Shown here: positions 16,092-22,687 of the stretch, piece by piece
Layout of the letters: the number at the start of each line of letters is the position of its first letter
Position numbering within the stretch: the first letter of the stretch is position 1
From: a virus
Taxonomy: Duplodnaviria > Heunggongvirae > Uroviricota > Caudoviricetes
Virus record (IMG/VR): IMGVR_UViG_3300050821_002507
Strand: one strand, 5' to 3'
Length of the DNA: 64,000 nucleotides
Position numbers and translations under genes: made by a program
Notes under the pieces: model-generated
What the model saw: the letters and a program-made list of their open reading frames with translations, nothing else
What the model was told of the DNA's origin: nothing
The model's database searches: none

Positions 16092-16169
16092 TGGTACGGT
16101 CGGCGGGCTACGATCCCGCGTTTCCCGGATGAGGGCCGGGGTTCCTTGTCCGATCTAGAAGACGACCGC
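16092..16169 (-). tRNA. tRNA-Glu-like (anticodon CTC) with C33 and the same architecture as 13530..13607
   Basis: Acceptor GCGGTCG/CGACCGT, anticodon stem CCCGG/CCGGG with loop CCCTCAT, T-arm GCGGG-ATCGTAG-CCCGC, CCA encoded. Confidence 0.45.
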
Positions 16170-16176
16170 GTAAATG

Positions 16177-16260
16177 CTGAAGGGGCAGGATTCGAACCTG
16201 CGACGGGCTTTCGCCAACTGATTAACAATCAGACCCCTGCTACCGCTCGGGTACCCTCCA
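16177..16260 (-). tRNA. class II-type tRNA (long variable arm with a GAAA tetraloop), anticodon ambiguous (GTT in the best register)
   Basis: Acceptor TGGAGGG/CCCTTCA, 3-bp D-stem, palindromic anticodon region CTGATTGTTAATCAG, T-arm GCAGG-TTCGAAT-CCTGC. CCA not encoded. Confidence 0.45.
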
Positions 16261-16269
16261 TCGCATTTG

Positions 16270-16341
16270 TGGTGGAGAAACGGAGAGTTGAACTCCGGAC
16301 GGCAGCCGTGCAAAGGGTGCCTGTGGCCCGCCACTTTCCCC
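16270..16341 (-). tRNA. tRNA-like element: good acceptor stem and T-arm but no D/anticodon cloverleaf (one long arm instead)
   Basis: Acceptor GGGGAAA/TTTCTCC, T-arm CGGAG-TTCAACT-CTCCG, CCA encoded. The body folds as GGCGG...CTGCC enclosing 22 nt. Confidence 0.3.
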
Positions 16342-16468
16342 GAATCAAACAGCCGACCGGTGCTGCGAGACACCGGCCGGCTTGGAAAGCCAATCGAGTT
16401 TACCTGCGCCGGCTTGTTCCGTAGCCGTGACCGTATTGGAACAGCAGGATTGCCCGAAAGGCTACTCT

Positions 16469-16792
16469 TTACGCCGGGTTGGCGGTAGTCGCCGTGGTGA
16501 GGTCGGACGTGGCCTTCTCGACCTTCGCCGCCAGGGCATCAACTGCCGGCTGGATGTCCGCTGGTGCCGCTGCCTTGAGGGCTGCGATGTCGGCGGAAAG
16601 TCCCGTCAGATCCGTTACAGCCGCAGCAACAGCGGCGGTGAGTGCATCAACGTCAGTGGTAAGCTTGCTGAGATCAGCCATGATGGTGTCAACCTTTCGA
16701 GTGAGAGCGTGCAATAGGGCATTGTTGCGGGTGGCGTAGAACTCGATACGCTCAAGCCTCGCGTCGTCTACGTCTGTACCGAACCATCCCAT
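16469..16792 (-). CDS. hypothetical Ala-rich coiled-coil protein
   Basis: 108 aa from the internal Met (MGWFGTDVDD...). The upstream 160 nt of the longer ORF look non-coding. TATATAAC immediately upstream. Confidence 0.45.
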   Translation of the reverse strand: MGWFGTDVDDARLERIEFYATRNNALLHALTRKVDTIMADLSKLTTDVDALTAAVAAAVTDLTGLSADIAALKAAAPADIQPAVDALAAKVEKATSDLTTATTANPA

Positions 16793-16989
16793 GGGGTTAT
16801 ATACTCGCTTTTTGTGACGGTTGCAAGACGCGAAATGGTGCCTCGGCGCCGTTTCGAGCGGCGATCTTCCGTGCTTCAAACGGACGTGTGGAACCACCAT
16901 CACCACCGAGGCGAGCAGCATCCCGGTAACGATCCGGGTCCTACACGTTGGCAACGTGTCGTGCTACCTTTAGCACCAATGCTGCATAT

Positions 16990-17073
16990 TGGTCGGCAAC
17001 CCGCGAATCGAACGCGGCATGTCAAAGACGCAGGTTTTACAGACCCGCTCAGTCACCAGACTTGGCGTTGCCG
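16990..17073 (-). tRNA. tRNA-Tyr (anticodon GTA), class II, compact shifted D-arm
   Basis: Perfect acceptor CGGCAAC/GTTGCCG, anticodon stem GCGGGT/ACCTGC with loop CTGTAAA, variable hairpin GTC-TTTG-GAC, T-arm CCGCG-TTCGATT-CGCGG, CCA encoded. Confidence 0.55.
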
Positions 17074-17273
17074 TAAGTATGCACGGGGCCGTAGTGTCCT
17101 CACCACCGTACCGTGCCGCCATCGTTATCCCTGATGGCTCGGGAAAAGTGCGTCGGCTTGTACTCCGTCGCGTGCGCCGATTTACATCCGATCTGGCGCA
17201 GAATTTAGCGGCCGGTCTGAGGTCTAGCCTCAGTCCCTCGCCCCGGCCGGCGAGGTACGACGCGCGTCGTAGG

Positions 17274-17546
17274 TCATTCTGGCCACACTCCTAATCCCAT
17301 GTCCTGAAGCCCTTGAAGTAACTCGGCCTCGGTCATGTAAGATGGCGGTGAAGTGTGGGCCTGATCCACATGCCTTTGCGGGGCACCAGCGGGTTTCGAA
17401 TCCGTGTCAGGGGCCTCCCTGATTACTTCACCAATCTCTCCTTGGCAGCAATAATCAAATCTATGGCCGCCGCAGGTAAGGCAGGGAAGGACCGCGCCGT
17501 TTAGGCGCAGCATAGTCCCCATGCCATGGCATGTTTCGCAAATCAT
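17274..17546 (-). CDS. Cys-rich small protein (zinc-ribbon-like)
   Basis: CETCHGMG...CLTCGG...CC pairs of CxxC. Overlaps the upstream HNH gene by 4 nt. Confidence 0.45.
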   Translation of the reverse strand: MICETCHGMGTMLRLNGAVLPCLTCGGHRFDYCCQGEIGEVIREAPDTDSKPAGAPQRHVDQAHTSPPSYMTEAELLQGLQDMGLGVWPE

Positions 17547-18034
17547 GGGTTAACCCATCCCCAAATATTCCCACGCCGAATCAACGACACTGTAGCGTGA
17601 TGCACGCCAAATAATTCTGCTATTTCTGTATTCATCTTGCCGTCTTTAATTAGTGATTTGATGACAACAACTTGAGACTGGAGCAATTTGCTGCGTGGAT
17701 TTTTTTCTCCGTTCTGAAAACTATTATTCAAGCTTGCCCGACCCTTAGCATATGCTTCAAGTATATTGTCGCTACAGGTTCCCTCGCGCAGGTGCTCTGG
17801 ATTGATGCAAGGCGGATTATCGCATGAATGAAGAACCATAAGGCTAACATCATCGACAGAAATGCCGCGATTGACGGCGTAAGAAACTCTATGGGTCAAG
17901 TAGTCTTTCCCACCAAACTTTATCTTTCCGTAGCCGCTTTTGTTTCTACCTCCCGACCATTCCCAGCAGCCATTGGGAGCAATAGCGATCTTGGAGGCGA
18001 GATAGGTTCTGAGGTCTTTAATCTTTCTTGGCAT
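17543..18034 (-). CDS. HNH homing endonuclease (HNH_3/AP2-like) with a C-terminal HTH
   Basis: CWEWSGGRNKSGYGKI...HRVSY...HSCDNPPCINPEHL, and IAELFGVHHATVSLIRRG as the HTH. Confidence 0.7.
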   Translation of the reverse strand: MPRKIKDLRTYLASKIAIAPNGCWEWSGGRNKSGYGKIKFGGKDYLTHRVSYAVNRGISVDDVSLMVLHSCDNPPCINPEHLREGTCSDNILEAYAKGRASLNNSFQNGEKNPRSKLLQSQVVVIKSLIKDGKMNTEIAELFGVHHATVSLIRRGNIWGWVNP

Positions 18035-18050
18035 GAAACCTCATATTATC

Positions 18051-18138
18051 TGGCGGAACCGAGGTGATTCGAACACCTGATACCTTGCGGTATGCCGCCT
18101 TTCCAGGGCGGTGCCTTCAGCCTCTCGGCCACGGTTCC
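18051..18138 (-). tRNA. tRNA-Ser (anticodon GGA), class II
   Basis: GGAACCG/CGGTTCC acceptor, D-arm GCC/GAGAGGCTGAA/GGC, anticodon stem CCGCC/GGCGG with loop CTGGAAA, variable hairpin CATACCGCAAGGTATC, T-arm AGGTG-TTCGAAT-CACCT, CCA encoded. Confidence 0.8.
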
Positions 18139-18177
18139 TTTGATTCGCAGAGTATCAGTTTGTGCCTCGCAGTCAAG

Positions 18178-18261
18178 TGGCGGAGAGCGATGGAGTCGAG
18201 CCATCAACCTTGCGGTTGGCCTGGGTTTCAGGTCCAGTTCGCGCCCCGCGCGCCGCTCTCC
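18178..18261 (-). tRNA. tRNA-Ser-like paralogue with a GC-rich aberrant D region and an ambiguous anticodon loop (TGA in one register); T-loop CTCGACT
   Basis: Perfect acceptor GGAGAGC/GCTCTCC, variable arm AACCGCAAGGTT (as in the Ser(GGA) gene), T-arm GATGG-CTCGACT-CCATC, CCA encoded. Confidence 0.35.
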
Positions 18262-18265
18262 CTAT

Positions 18266-18340
18266 TGGCGACCTCCGCAGGATTCGAACCTGCATCCTCA
18301 AGATTCGGAATCTTGTGCTCATCCATTGAGCTAGGAGGCC
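18266..18340 (-). tRNA. tRNA-Arg (anticodon CCG)
   Basis: Canonical: GGCCTCC acceptor, D-arm GCTC/AATGGAT/GAGC, anticodon stem CAAGA/TCTTG with loop TTCCGAA, T-arm GCAGG-TTCGAAT-CCTGC, CCA encoded. Confidence 0.8.
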
Positions 18341-18582
18341 TTTGACTGAGAGCGACCCAGCGGCGCTTTTTGTGGTACGCCGCATTCCGTGTTGACGGTA
18401 ACCAACACCCAGCGCAATGCTGTCCCCCTGATCCAGCCACGAACCTCTACTTCTAATCTCTTCTCAGCTTCGCATCTCGTCTCTGGCAACGGTGGCTCAA
18501 AATCAGTGCGGACCCATTCAGAGTCGGTGTGTGAATTGCGATATTCGTACTCGAAATGTCTTCCGGCGATCTCGCGCATATG

Positions 18583-18960
18583 CTATGCTCCGTGCTGCTC
18601 GAAAAATCGTGATCTGAACGGCTGGTCCGCCCTAGTAGCCCGATTCGGATAGTATGCACCCATTCCCGATGTCCAGGCAATCAAACTGTCGTCAGCCAGG
18701 ATGACTTTGTCCATTGCCCGCGTCATAGCCAACGCAAGGTTGTAAGTGTCAGGACTGCACGGATTGATGTATAACACCCAGATGTCGATGGGGACCGTGA
18801 TCGGGATTTTGATCGCTGCCGCCTTAAAGGCCTCCACAAGCGCCTCCCGGTACTTCTGGATGACCTTATAATGCTGCCGGTAGTGCGGAGCCCCATGGAT
18901 GTATAACCGAAGCCTGGGCAACGGCTCGTCGGATGGATGGTATTCTGCGATGATGCGCAT
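18583..18960 (-). CDS. RusA-like Holliday junction resolvase
   Basis: PDTYNLALAMTRAMDKVILADDSLI parallels the RusA segment DLDNLQKAAFDAL...WLDDAQV. Size 125 aa. Confidence 0.55.
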   Translation of the reverse strand: MRIIAEYHPSDEPLPRLRLYIHGAPHYRQHYKVIQKYREALVEAFKAAAIKIPITVPIDIWVLYINPCSPDTYNLALAMTRAMDKVILADDSLIAWTSGMGAYYPNRATRADQPFRSRFFEQHGA

Positions 18961-18980
18961 GGTCGTATCCTATCATGGGG

Positions 18981-19070
18981 TGGTCGGCGCTACGTGGATC
19001 GAACACGTCCGTCTACGGTAATCAGCCGCTCCGGGTTTATAAGGCCCAGCCGCACCCAGTGCTAGCGCCG
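18981..19070 (-). tRNA. 90-nt tRNA-like element with a 22-nt variable region, 3-nt D-loop and a 9-nt or mismatched anticodon loop (CCTTATAAA)
   Basis: Perfect acceptor CGGCGCT/AGCGCCG, T-arm ACGTG-TTCGATC-CACGT, CCA encoded. The body is not a standard cloverleaf. Confidence 0.3.
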
Positions 19071-19097
19071 CTCTGAAAAACGTGATACCAATATTAG

Positions 19098-19493
19098 ATG
19101 CACAACCAAGAAAATGACGACTGGTTTTTGGCCGCAGTCTCTAGCGGTCACATTTCAGTATCCGAAGATGGGAAAGTTTTTAACCACAAGACCAATAGAT
19201 ACATTGGCGCAGTTGGCAGCGGTAGATATCCAAAAATTTCTCTCTCTGTTGGGCGAAAAGAAATTCGCCATATGCAAATACACCGTCTAGTGTGGTTGGT
19301 TTATCGTGGTAAAATTTCACAAGAAGTTGAAATTAACCATAAGGATACCAACACCAACAATCCATCTCTGCTAAACCTTGAATTAATTACCCCTAGCGGC
19401 AATAGATTGCACGCTATTGCAAACGGCCGTCCCGGATATCTTTTCCAAAAAGGAAACAAATCATCACGCAAAACGAAAGTCATTGACAAATAA
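19098..19493 (+). CDS. HNH homing endonuclease in an AT-rich island
   Basis: YPKISL...IHRLVWLVYRG...EINHKDTNTNNPSLLNLELIT (HNH_3). Confidence 0.65.
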   Translation: MHNQENDDWFLAAVSSGHISVSEDGKVFNHKTNRYIGAVGSGRYPKISLSVGRKEIRHMQIHRLVWLVYRGKISQEVEINHKDTNTNNPSLLNLELITPSGNRLHAIANGRPGYLFQKGNKSSRKTKVIDK

Positions 19494-19497
19494 AAAG

Positions 19498-19574
19498 TGG
19501 TCGGCGCGGCAGGCTTCGATCCTGCGACAACCCGGCTCCGGACCGGGGACTCTACCAGACTGAGCTACGCGCCG
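19498..19574 (-). tRNA. tRNA-Pro (anticodon CGG) with C33 and T-loop ATCGAAG
   Basis: Perfect acceptor CGGCGCG/CGCGCCG, D-arm GCTC/AGTCTGGTA/GAGT, anticodon stem CCCGG/CCGGG with loop TCCGGAG, CCA encoded. Confidence 0.55.
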
Positions 19575-19578
19575 TAAG

Positions 19579-19652
19579 TGGCGGTCCTAGGGGGTATCGA
19601 TCCCCCGTCGATCGGTTGACAACCGAGTACTCTACCTTTGAGCTATAGGACC
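19579..19652 (-). tRNA. tRNA-Asp (anticodon GTC)
   Basis: Acceptor GGTCCTA/TAGGACC, D-arm GCTC/AAAGGTA/GAGT, anticodon loop TTGTCAA, T-arm GGGGG-ATCGATA-CCCCC, CCA encoded. Confidence 0.65.
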
Positions 19653-19653
19653 G

Positions 19654-19732
19654 TATGGCCGGGGAGAATCGAACTCCCATGGTTTCCCACGGCGACCTCA
19701 ACGCCGCGCGTCTGCCGTTCCGCCACAGCCAC
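19654..19732 (-). tRNA. tRNA-Leu (anticodon GAG), class II; CCA not encoded
   Basis: Acceptor GTGGCTG/CGGCCAT (two G-U pairs), D-arm GCG/GAACGGCAGA/CGC, anticodon stem CGGCG/CGCCG with loop TTGAGGT, variable TGG-GAAA-CCA, T-arm GGGAG-TTCGATT-CTCCC. Confidence 0.6.
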
Positions 19733-19740
19733 GTAAAACT

Positions 19741-19815
19741 TGGAGGGTGCTAGGTGAATCGAACACCTGACAAGAGGGTTAAGAAGCCTCTGTTCTTCCA
19801 CTGAACTAAGCACCC
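19741..19815 (-). tRNA. tRNA-Lys (anticodon CTT)
   Basis: Acceptor GGGTGCT/AGCACCC, D-arm GTTC/AGTGGAA/GAAC, anticodon loop TTCTTAA, T-arm AGGTG-TTCGATT-CACCT, CCA encoded. Confidence 0.75.
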
Positions 19816-19948
19816 GAGGATTCCGGAAGTTCTGCCCTTCTTGCGACGCGGGTTAAAAAGCCGGCCCAGAGACTACTCTGATTTACGCTCGGAATCCGAA
19901 TGGACCCCGAACCGTTTAAGTGGATCGCTCATGTTGTTTACTCCATAT

Positions 19949-20023
19949 TGGTGCAAGCGGGAGGTACTGCCCCTCCTATCAGACGCTCATCAGGCGCCGT
20001 CTTCGCTTCTCAGACTCGCTTGC
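19949..20023 (-). tRNA. tRNA-Ile-like (anticodon GAT) with a non-canonical T-loop (GGCAGTA) and a D-loop lacking GG
   Basis: Perfect acceptor GCAAGCG/CGCTTGC, anticodon stem GGCGC/GCGTC with loop CTGATGA, T-stem GGAGG/CCTCC, CCA encoded. Confidence 0.4.
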
Positions 20024-20076
20024 GGTGAAATGGTGCTTCCGATACCTTGGAGAGGCATGACCTTCGCCATGTCGCG

Positions 20077-20149
20077 GCGACGGTGAGGGTCACGATCCCC
20101 CGACATCCTGCGTGTAAAACAGGCGCTCTCCCAACTGAGCTAACCGCCC
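20077..20149 (-). tRNA. tRNA-Val (anticodon TAC); G1-G72 terminal mismatch, CCA not encoded
   Basis: 5' half GGGCGGT-TA-GCTC-AGTTGGGA-GAGC is canonical. Anticodon loop TTTACAC, T-arm GGGGG-ATCGTGA-CCCTC. Confidence 0.55.
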
Positions 20150-20155
20150 ATGAAG

Positions 20156-20233
20156 TGGTGCCGCAGGCGGGTGACGATCACGCGCGGAACCGTTTTTAGG
20201 ACGGATCCCTCTGCCAACCTGGGGTACTGCGGC
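20156..20233 (-). tRNA. class I-sized tRNA with anticodon loop CCTAAAA (anticodon TAA, Leu UUA/UUG) and C33
   Basis: Perfect acceptor GCCGCAG/CTGCGGC, D-arm CCCC/AGGTTGGCAGA/GGG, T-arm GCGTG-ATCGTCA-CCCGC (one mismatch), CCA encoded. Confidence 0.45.
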
Positions 20234-20237
20234 GTAT

Positions 20238-20315
20238 TGGTGCCCAACCGGGAGATCGAATCCCGACACACCGGATTTTGAATCCAGTCGCTTTGCCTGT
20301 TTTGCGTAGTTGGGC
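20238..20315 (-). tRNA. tRNA-Leu (anticodon CAA) with a short variable loop (class I-like)
   Basis: Perfect acceptor GCCCAAC/GTTGGGC, anticodon stem CTGGA/TCCGG with loop TTCAAAA, variable TGTGT, T-arm CGGGA-TTCGATC-TCCCG, CCA encoded. Confidence 0.6.
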
Positions 20316-20320
20316 GTGAG

Positions 20321-20398
20321 TGGTAGCCGACCCCGGTCTCGAACCGGGACTGGACGGAGTCTGGATCCGTTCCCTCTTCCAAATTGGGGTAGTCGGCC
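20321..20398 (-). tRNA. tRNA-Leu (anticodon CAG), class I-like, with C33
   Basis: Acceptor GGCCGAC/GTCGGCT, D-arm CCCC/AATTTGGAAGA/GGG, anticodon stem ACGGA/TCCGT with loop TCCAGAC, T-arm CCCGG-TTCGAGA-CCGGG, CCA encoded. Confidence 0.5.
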
Positions 20399-20404
20399 GT
20401 TGAA

Positions 20405-20477
20405 TGGTGCCACCAGCAGGTTCGAATCTGCATCCCCCTCATTACCAGTGAAGGACTCTACTTTGAGCTATGGCGGC
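20405..20477 (-). tRNA. tRNA-Thr (anticodon GGT)
   Basis: Acceptor GCCGCCA/TGGTGGC, D-arm GCTC/GAGT, anticodon stem CTTCA/TGAGG with loop CTGGTAA, T-arm GCAG-ATTCGAAC-CTGC, CCA encoded. Confidence 0.65.
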
Positions 20478-20482
20478 AAACT

Positions 20483-20557
20483 TGGTTCCGAGTAGACGAA
20501 TCGAACGCCTGCACCCAGTTTACAAAACTGGACCTCTGCCACTGAGGATAACCCGGA
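20483..20557 (-). tRNA. tRNA-Thr (anticodon TGT)
   Basis: Acceptor TCCGGGT/ACTCGGA, anticodon stem CCAGT/ACTGG with loop TTTGTAA, T-arm AGGCG-TTCGATT-CGTCT, CCA encoded. Confidence 0.65.
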
Positions 20558-20648
20558 TCAAAGAGTCTTCGCGGGGCGGGGCACGACTGCCGCTGTTTTT
20601 CTCGCTGGGCGAAACGTGGCTTGGGGCGCGTGGCGACCCACCGCGAAT

Positions 20649-20722
20649 TGGAGCCATCAGGTTGATTTGAACAACCATTGCCACCGTACGAAGGGGGTCT
20701 CCTACCATTGGAGGATGACGGC
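20649..20722 (-). tRNA. tRNA-Thr (anticodon CGT)
   Basis: Acceptor GCCGTCA/TGATGGC, D-arm CTCC/AATGGTA/GGAG, anticodon loop TTCGTAC, T-arm GGTTG-TTCAAAT-CAACC, CCA encoded. Confidence 0.7.
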
Positions 20723-21121
20723 GTTAAAATGAACAAACCGGGCGGACCATTACGATCCGCCCGAATTTCATGATGTCCCCAGCGCGCACAGTTAAGCCGC
20801 TTCTCCGACGCGGAGGAGATAGTGGTCGTCCCGCCTGAGGGGGCCACTATATCTCAATCACCGACTTCCCCTGATTGGTAGCAGGGGCGACTAAATATGC
20901 ACTCAACAGCACAAAAAACGCCATAATGCGCTCTTGAGTGTATATCTGCTTGGGTCTTTGGTGGTGGTTTTGGGCCTCCTCTTCCGCTTTTCGCGGGGGT
21001 CAGCCGCCGAATCAACTTGGTAGTTTTTGCCTGAATTCGGGCTGCATATGCACGCTATACGACCGCCAGGAGCTATTCGGCCCGGCGGCGATGGTCGTAT
21101 CTGTGGCACGCACTATCGAGT

Positions 21122-21349
21122 TCATGCTGACCTTCTGCCATATCCCAATGGGTTTTGCAAGCCCCATTCACGAATAATTCTTGCTGCGTCGGCGGCCTCC
21201 GTTTTTGGATCCCAACTGAGGTATGTGAGGCCCCATGACTGGCAGTTGTCGCACCTGTTCACTCTGGCGTGTGCCGGTTCTGGATCGGTCGTGTGACCAC
21301 AATAACGGCAGTGGTAGACCATCATGTATTTTGTCGTGGGGAGCGTCAC
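21122..21349 (-). CDS. small zinc-ribbon protein
   Basis: YHCRYCGH...CDNCQS, two CxxC pairs. 75 aa. Confidence 0.45.
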   Translation of the reverse strand: MTLPTTKYMMVYHCRYCGHTTDPEPAHARVNRCDNCQSWGLTYLSWDPKTEAADAARIIREWGLQNPLGYGRRSA

Positions 21350-21558
21350 TGCACCGTAGCCCCGATCGGCGCCCCGTCCTCCTCGCCGTCGTCGGCAATC
21401 TCCAGTATGTCGAGGCCAATGTCTAGAGCATAGTCCATATCAAGGACAGCCTCCGCGAAGACGTTTCCCTTGCCATCGAGAAATTCTACATGGCAGTGAC
21501 CTTCGTCGCACTCTACCACGTTGACGGAATCGGCTAGGCGGATTTTTGGTGCTGCCAT
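21346..21558 (-). CDS. hypothetical acidic protein
   Basis: 70-aa ORF, coupled to the downstream gene by a 4-nt overlap. Confidence 0.4.
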   Translation of the reverse strand: MAAPKIRLADSVNVVECDEGHCHVEFLDGKGNVFAEAVLDMDYALDIGLDILEIADDGEEDGAPIGATVQ

Positions 21559-22466
21559 TGTTCGCTCCCAAGAACGTCATTGAAATCTTGCCCAGGCGGC
21601 GGAGACTGTACCTCAACCTGAACCATATCGCAAATCCGATGTGCGAGGGTATATCCGGCGGCGAATCCGGCGAAGTTCAGATCATTGTCCATGAAAATAA
21701 CCACCTTCTTGACGCTCTCCGGAGGTCGCCATTTCATCATTAAGCCGGCCGATCCTGTGGCCCAGCAGGATACCCCGAACATCTTAGTCACTGACAGGGC
21801 ATTCTCGACCCCTTCTGTGACACCAAGTGTATCACAAACCGGCCCCAGCCGTACAGCAGACCCCTCCATAATGTTCCCCGGCATGAACATCTTCTGCTTC
21901 TCAAGCGCCGCCTTCTGCCCATCCTCCGTCAGGTACGTCCGGTGTATCATGGACGCCTTCCCGTCAGGCGCGGTGAGCATCGCCAGCATACATGGGTACA
22001 CTCCGCCTTCCCGGTGCTTCACGCCCAGCGCCGTCCGTATCGCCTCCGGGAAGGTCGTTATGCCGATCCGGTTTATGAGGTAGCGCCCGACCGGATCCCT
22101 CGGGTGGACGGCCTTGGAGCCCCGCCAGAGCCGGTCCATGGCCTTCTGCTTCATGGCTGGCGTCCAATCCGCCTTGGCCTCGGATGGATTGATTCGCCCG
22201 ACCACGGCGTCAACCTGTCGGGCGGCCTCCTTGAACTCCCAGCCATGGAATTTCATCAGGAGGTCGAAACTGGACCCTCCCCCGCATACGCTGCAAATGT
22301 AACCGCCGTTTCCGTCCTTATTGATGAACCGGAACCGGTCCTTGCCCGCCTTGCACATCGGGCACGGGTGGTGCTTCTGGTCGAGCACTATAGACGGGAT
22401 GCCCAACTCGGCAAGGATACCCGGCCAGCGCCCTGCGGCTCGCTCGGCAGTGGTTTCAGGCATGTT
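21534..22466 (-). CDS. DNA primase (primase zinc-ribbon + TOPRIM)
   Basis: CPMCKAGKDRFRF...GGYICSVCGG zinc-binding domain. TOPRIM-like IFMDNDLNFAGFAAG...DFND. AAAGGTGA RBS before the ATG at 22466; the longer ORF runs to 22511. Confidence 0.7.
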   Translation of the reverse strand, partial: NMPETTAERAAGRWPGILAELGIPSIVLDQKHHPCPMCKAGKDRFRFINKDGNGGYICSVCGGGSSFDLLMKFHGWEFKEAARQVDAVVGRINPSEAKADWTPAMKQKAMDRLWRGSKAVHPRDPVGRYLINRIGITTFPEAIRTALGVKHREGGVYPCMLAMLTAPDGKASMIHRTYLTEDGQKAALEKQKMFMPGNIMEGSAVRLGPVCDTLGVTEGVENALSVTKMFGVSCWATGSAGLMMKWRPPESVKKVVIFMDNDLNFAGFAAGYTLAHRICDMVQVEVQSPPPGQDFNDVLGSEQWQHQKSA

Positions 22467-22483
22467 CACCTTTTTAGGGGAGG

Positions 22484-22687
22484 CTACTTTGGACCCGATA
22501 AAATGACGCAAGCCCTAAGAGATGCACCGGGTATTCTATCTGCGTGATCTACCGCCCACGTAACTCTGCGAACAAGCCAAGTGTAGCCACGGATATTGAT
22601 AAATTCCCCAGGGCGCGGCACCGCTCCGTCATCGAGGACGGCCATATGCTTCTCATCATCTCCGTGGTAAAATTCAATTGTTGCCAT
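22484..22687 (-). CDS. hypothetical protein
   Basis: 68-aa product from the internal ATG (MATIEFYHGDDEK...) overlapping the helicase stop. Confidence 0.35.
   Translation of the reverse strand: MATIEFYHGDDEKHMAVLDDGAVPRPGEFINIRGYTWLVRRVTWAVDHADRIPGASLRACVILSGPK

Noticed and set aside
16814-17294. Two overlapping plus-strand ORFs (106 and 101 aa)
   Set aside because: They cross the tRNA-Tyr gene and a region of palindromes. Arg/His-rich nonsense composition.
20458-20847. 129-aa minus-strand ORF
   Set aside because: It lies entirely across three tRNA-Thr genes.
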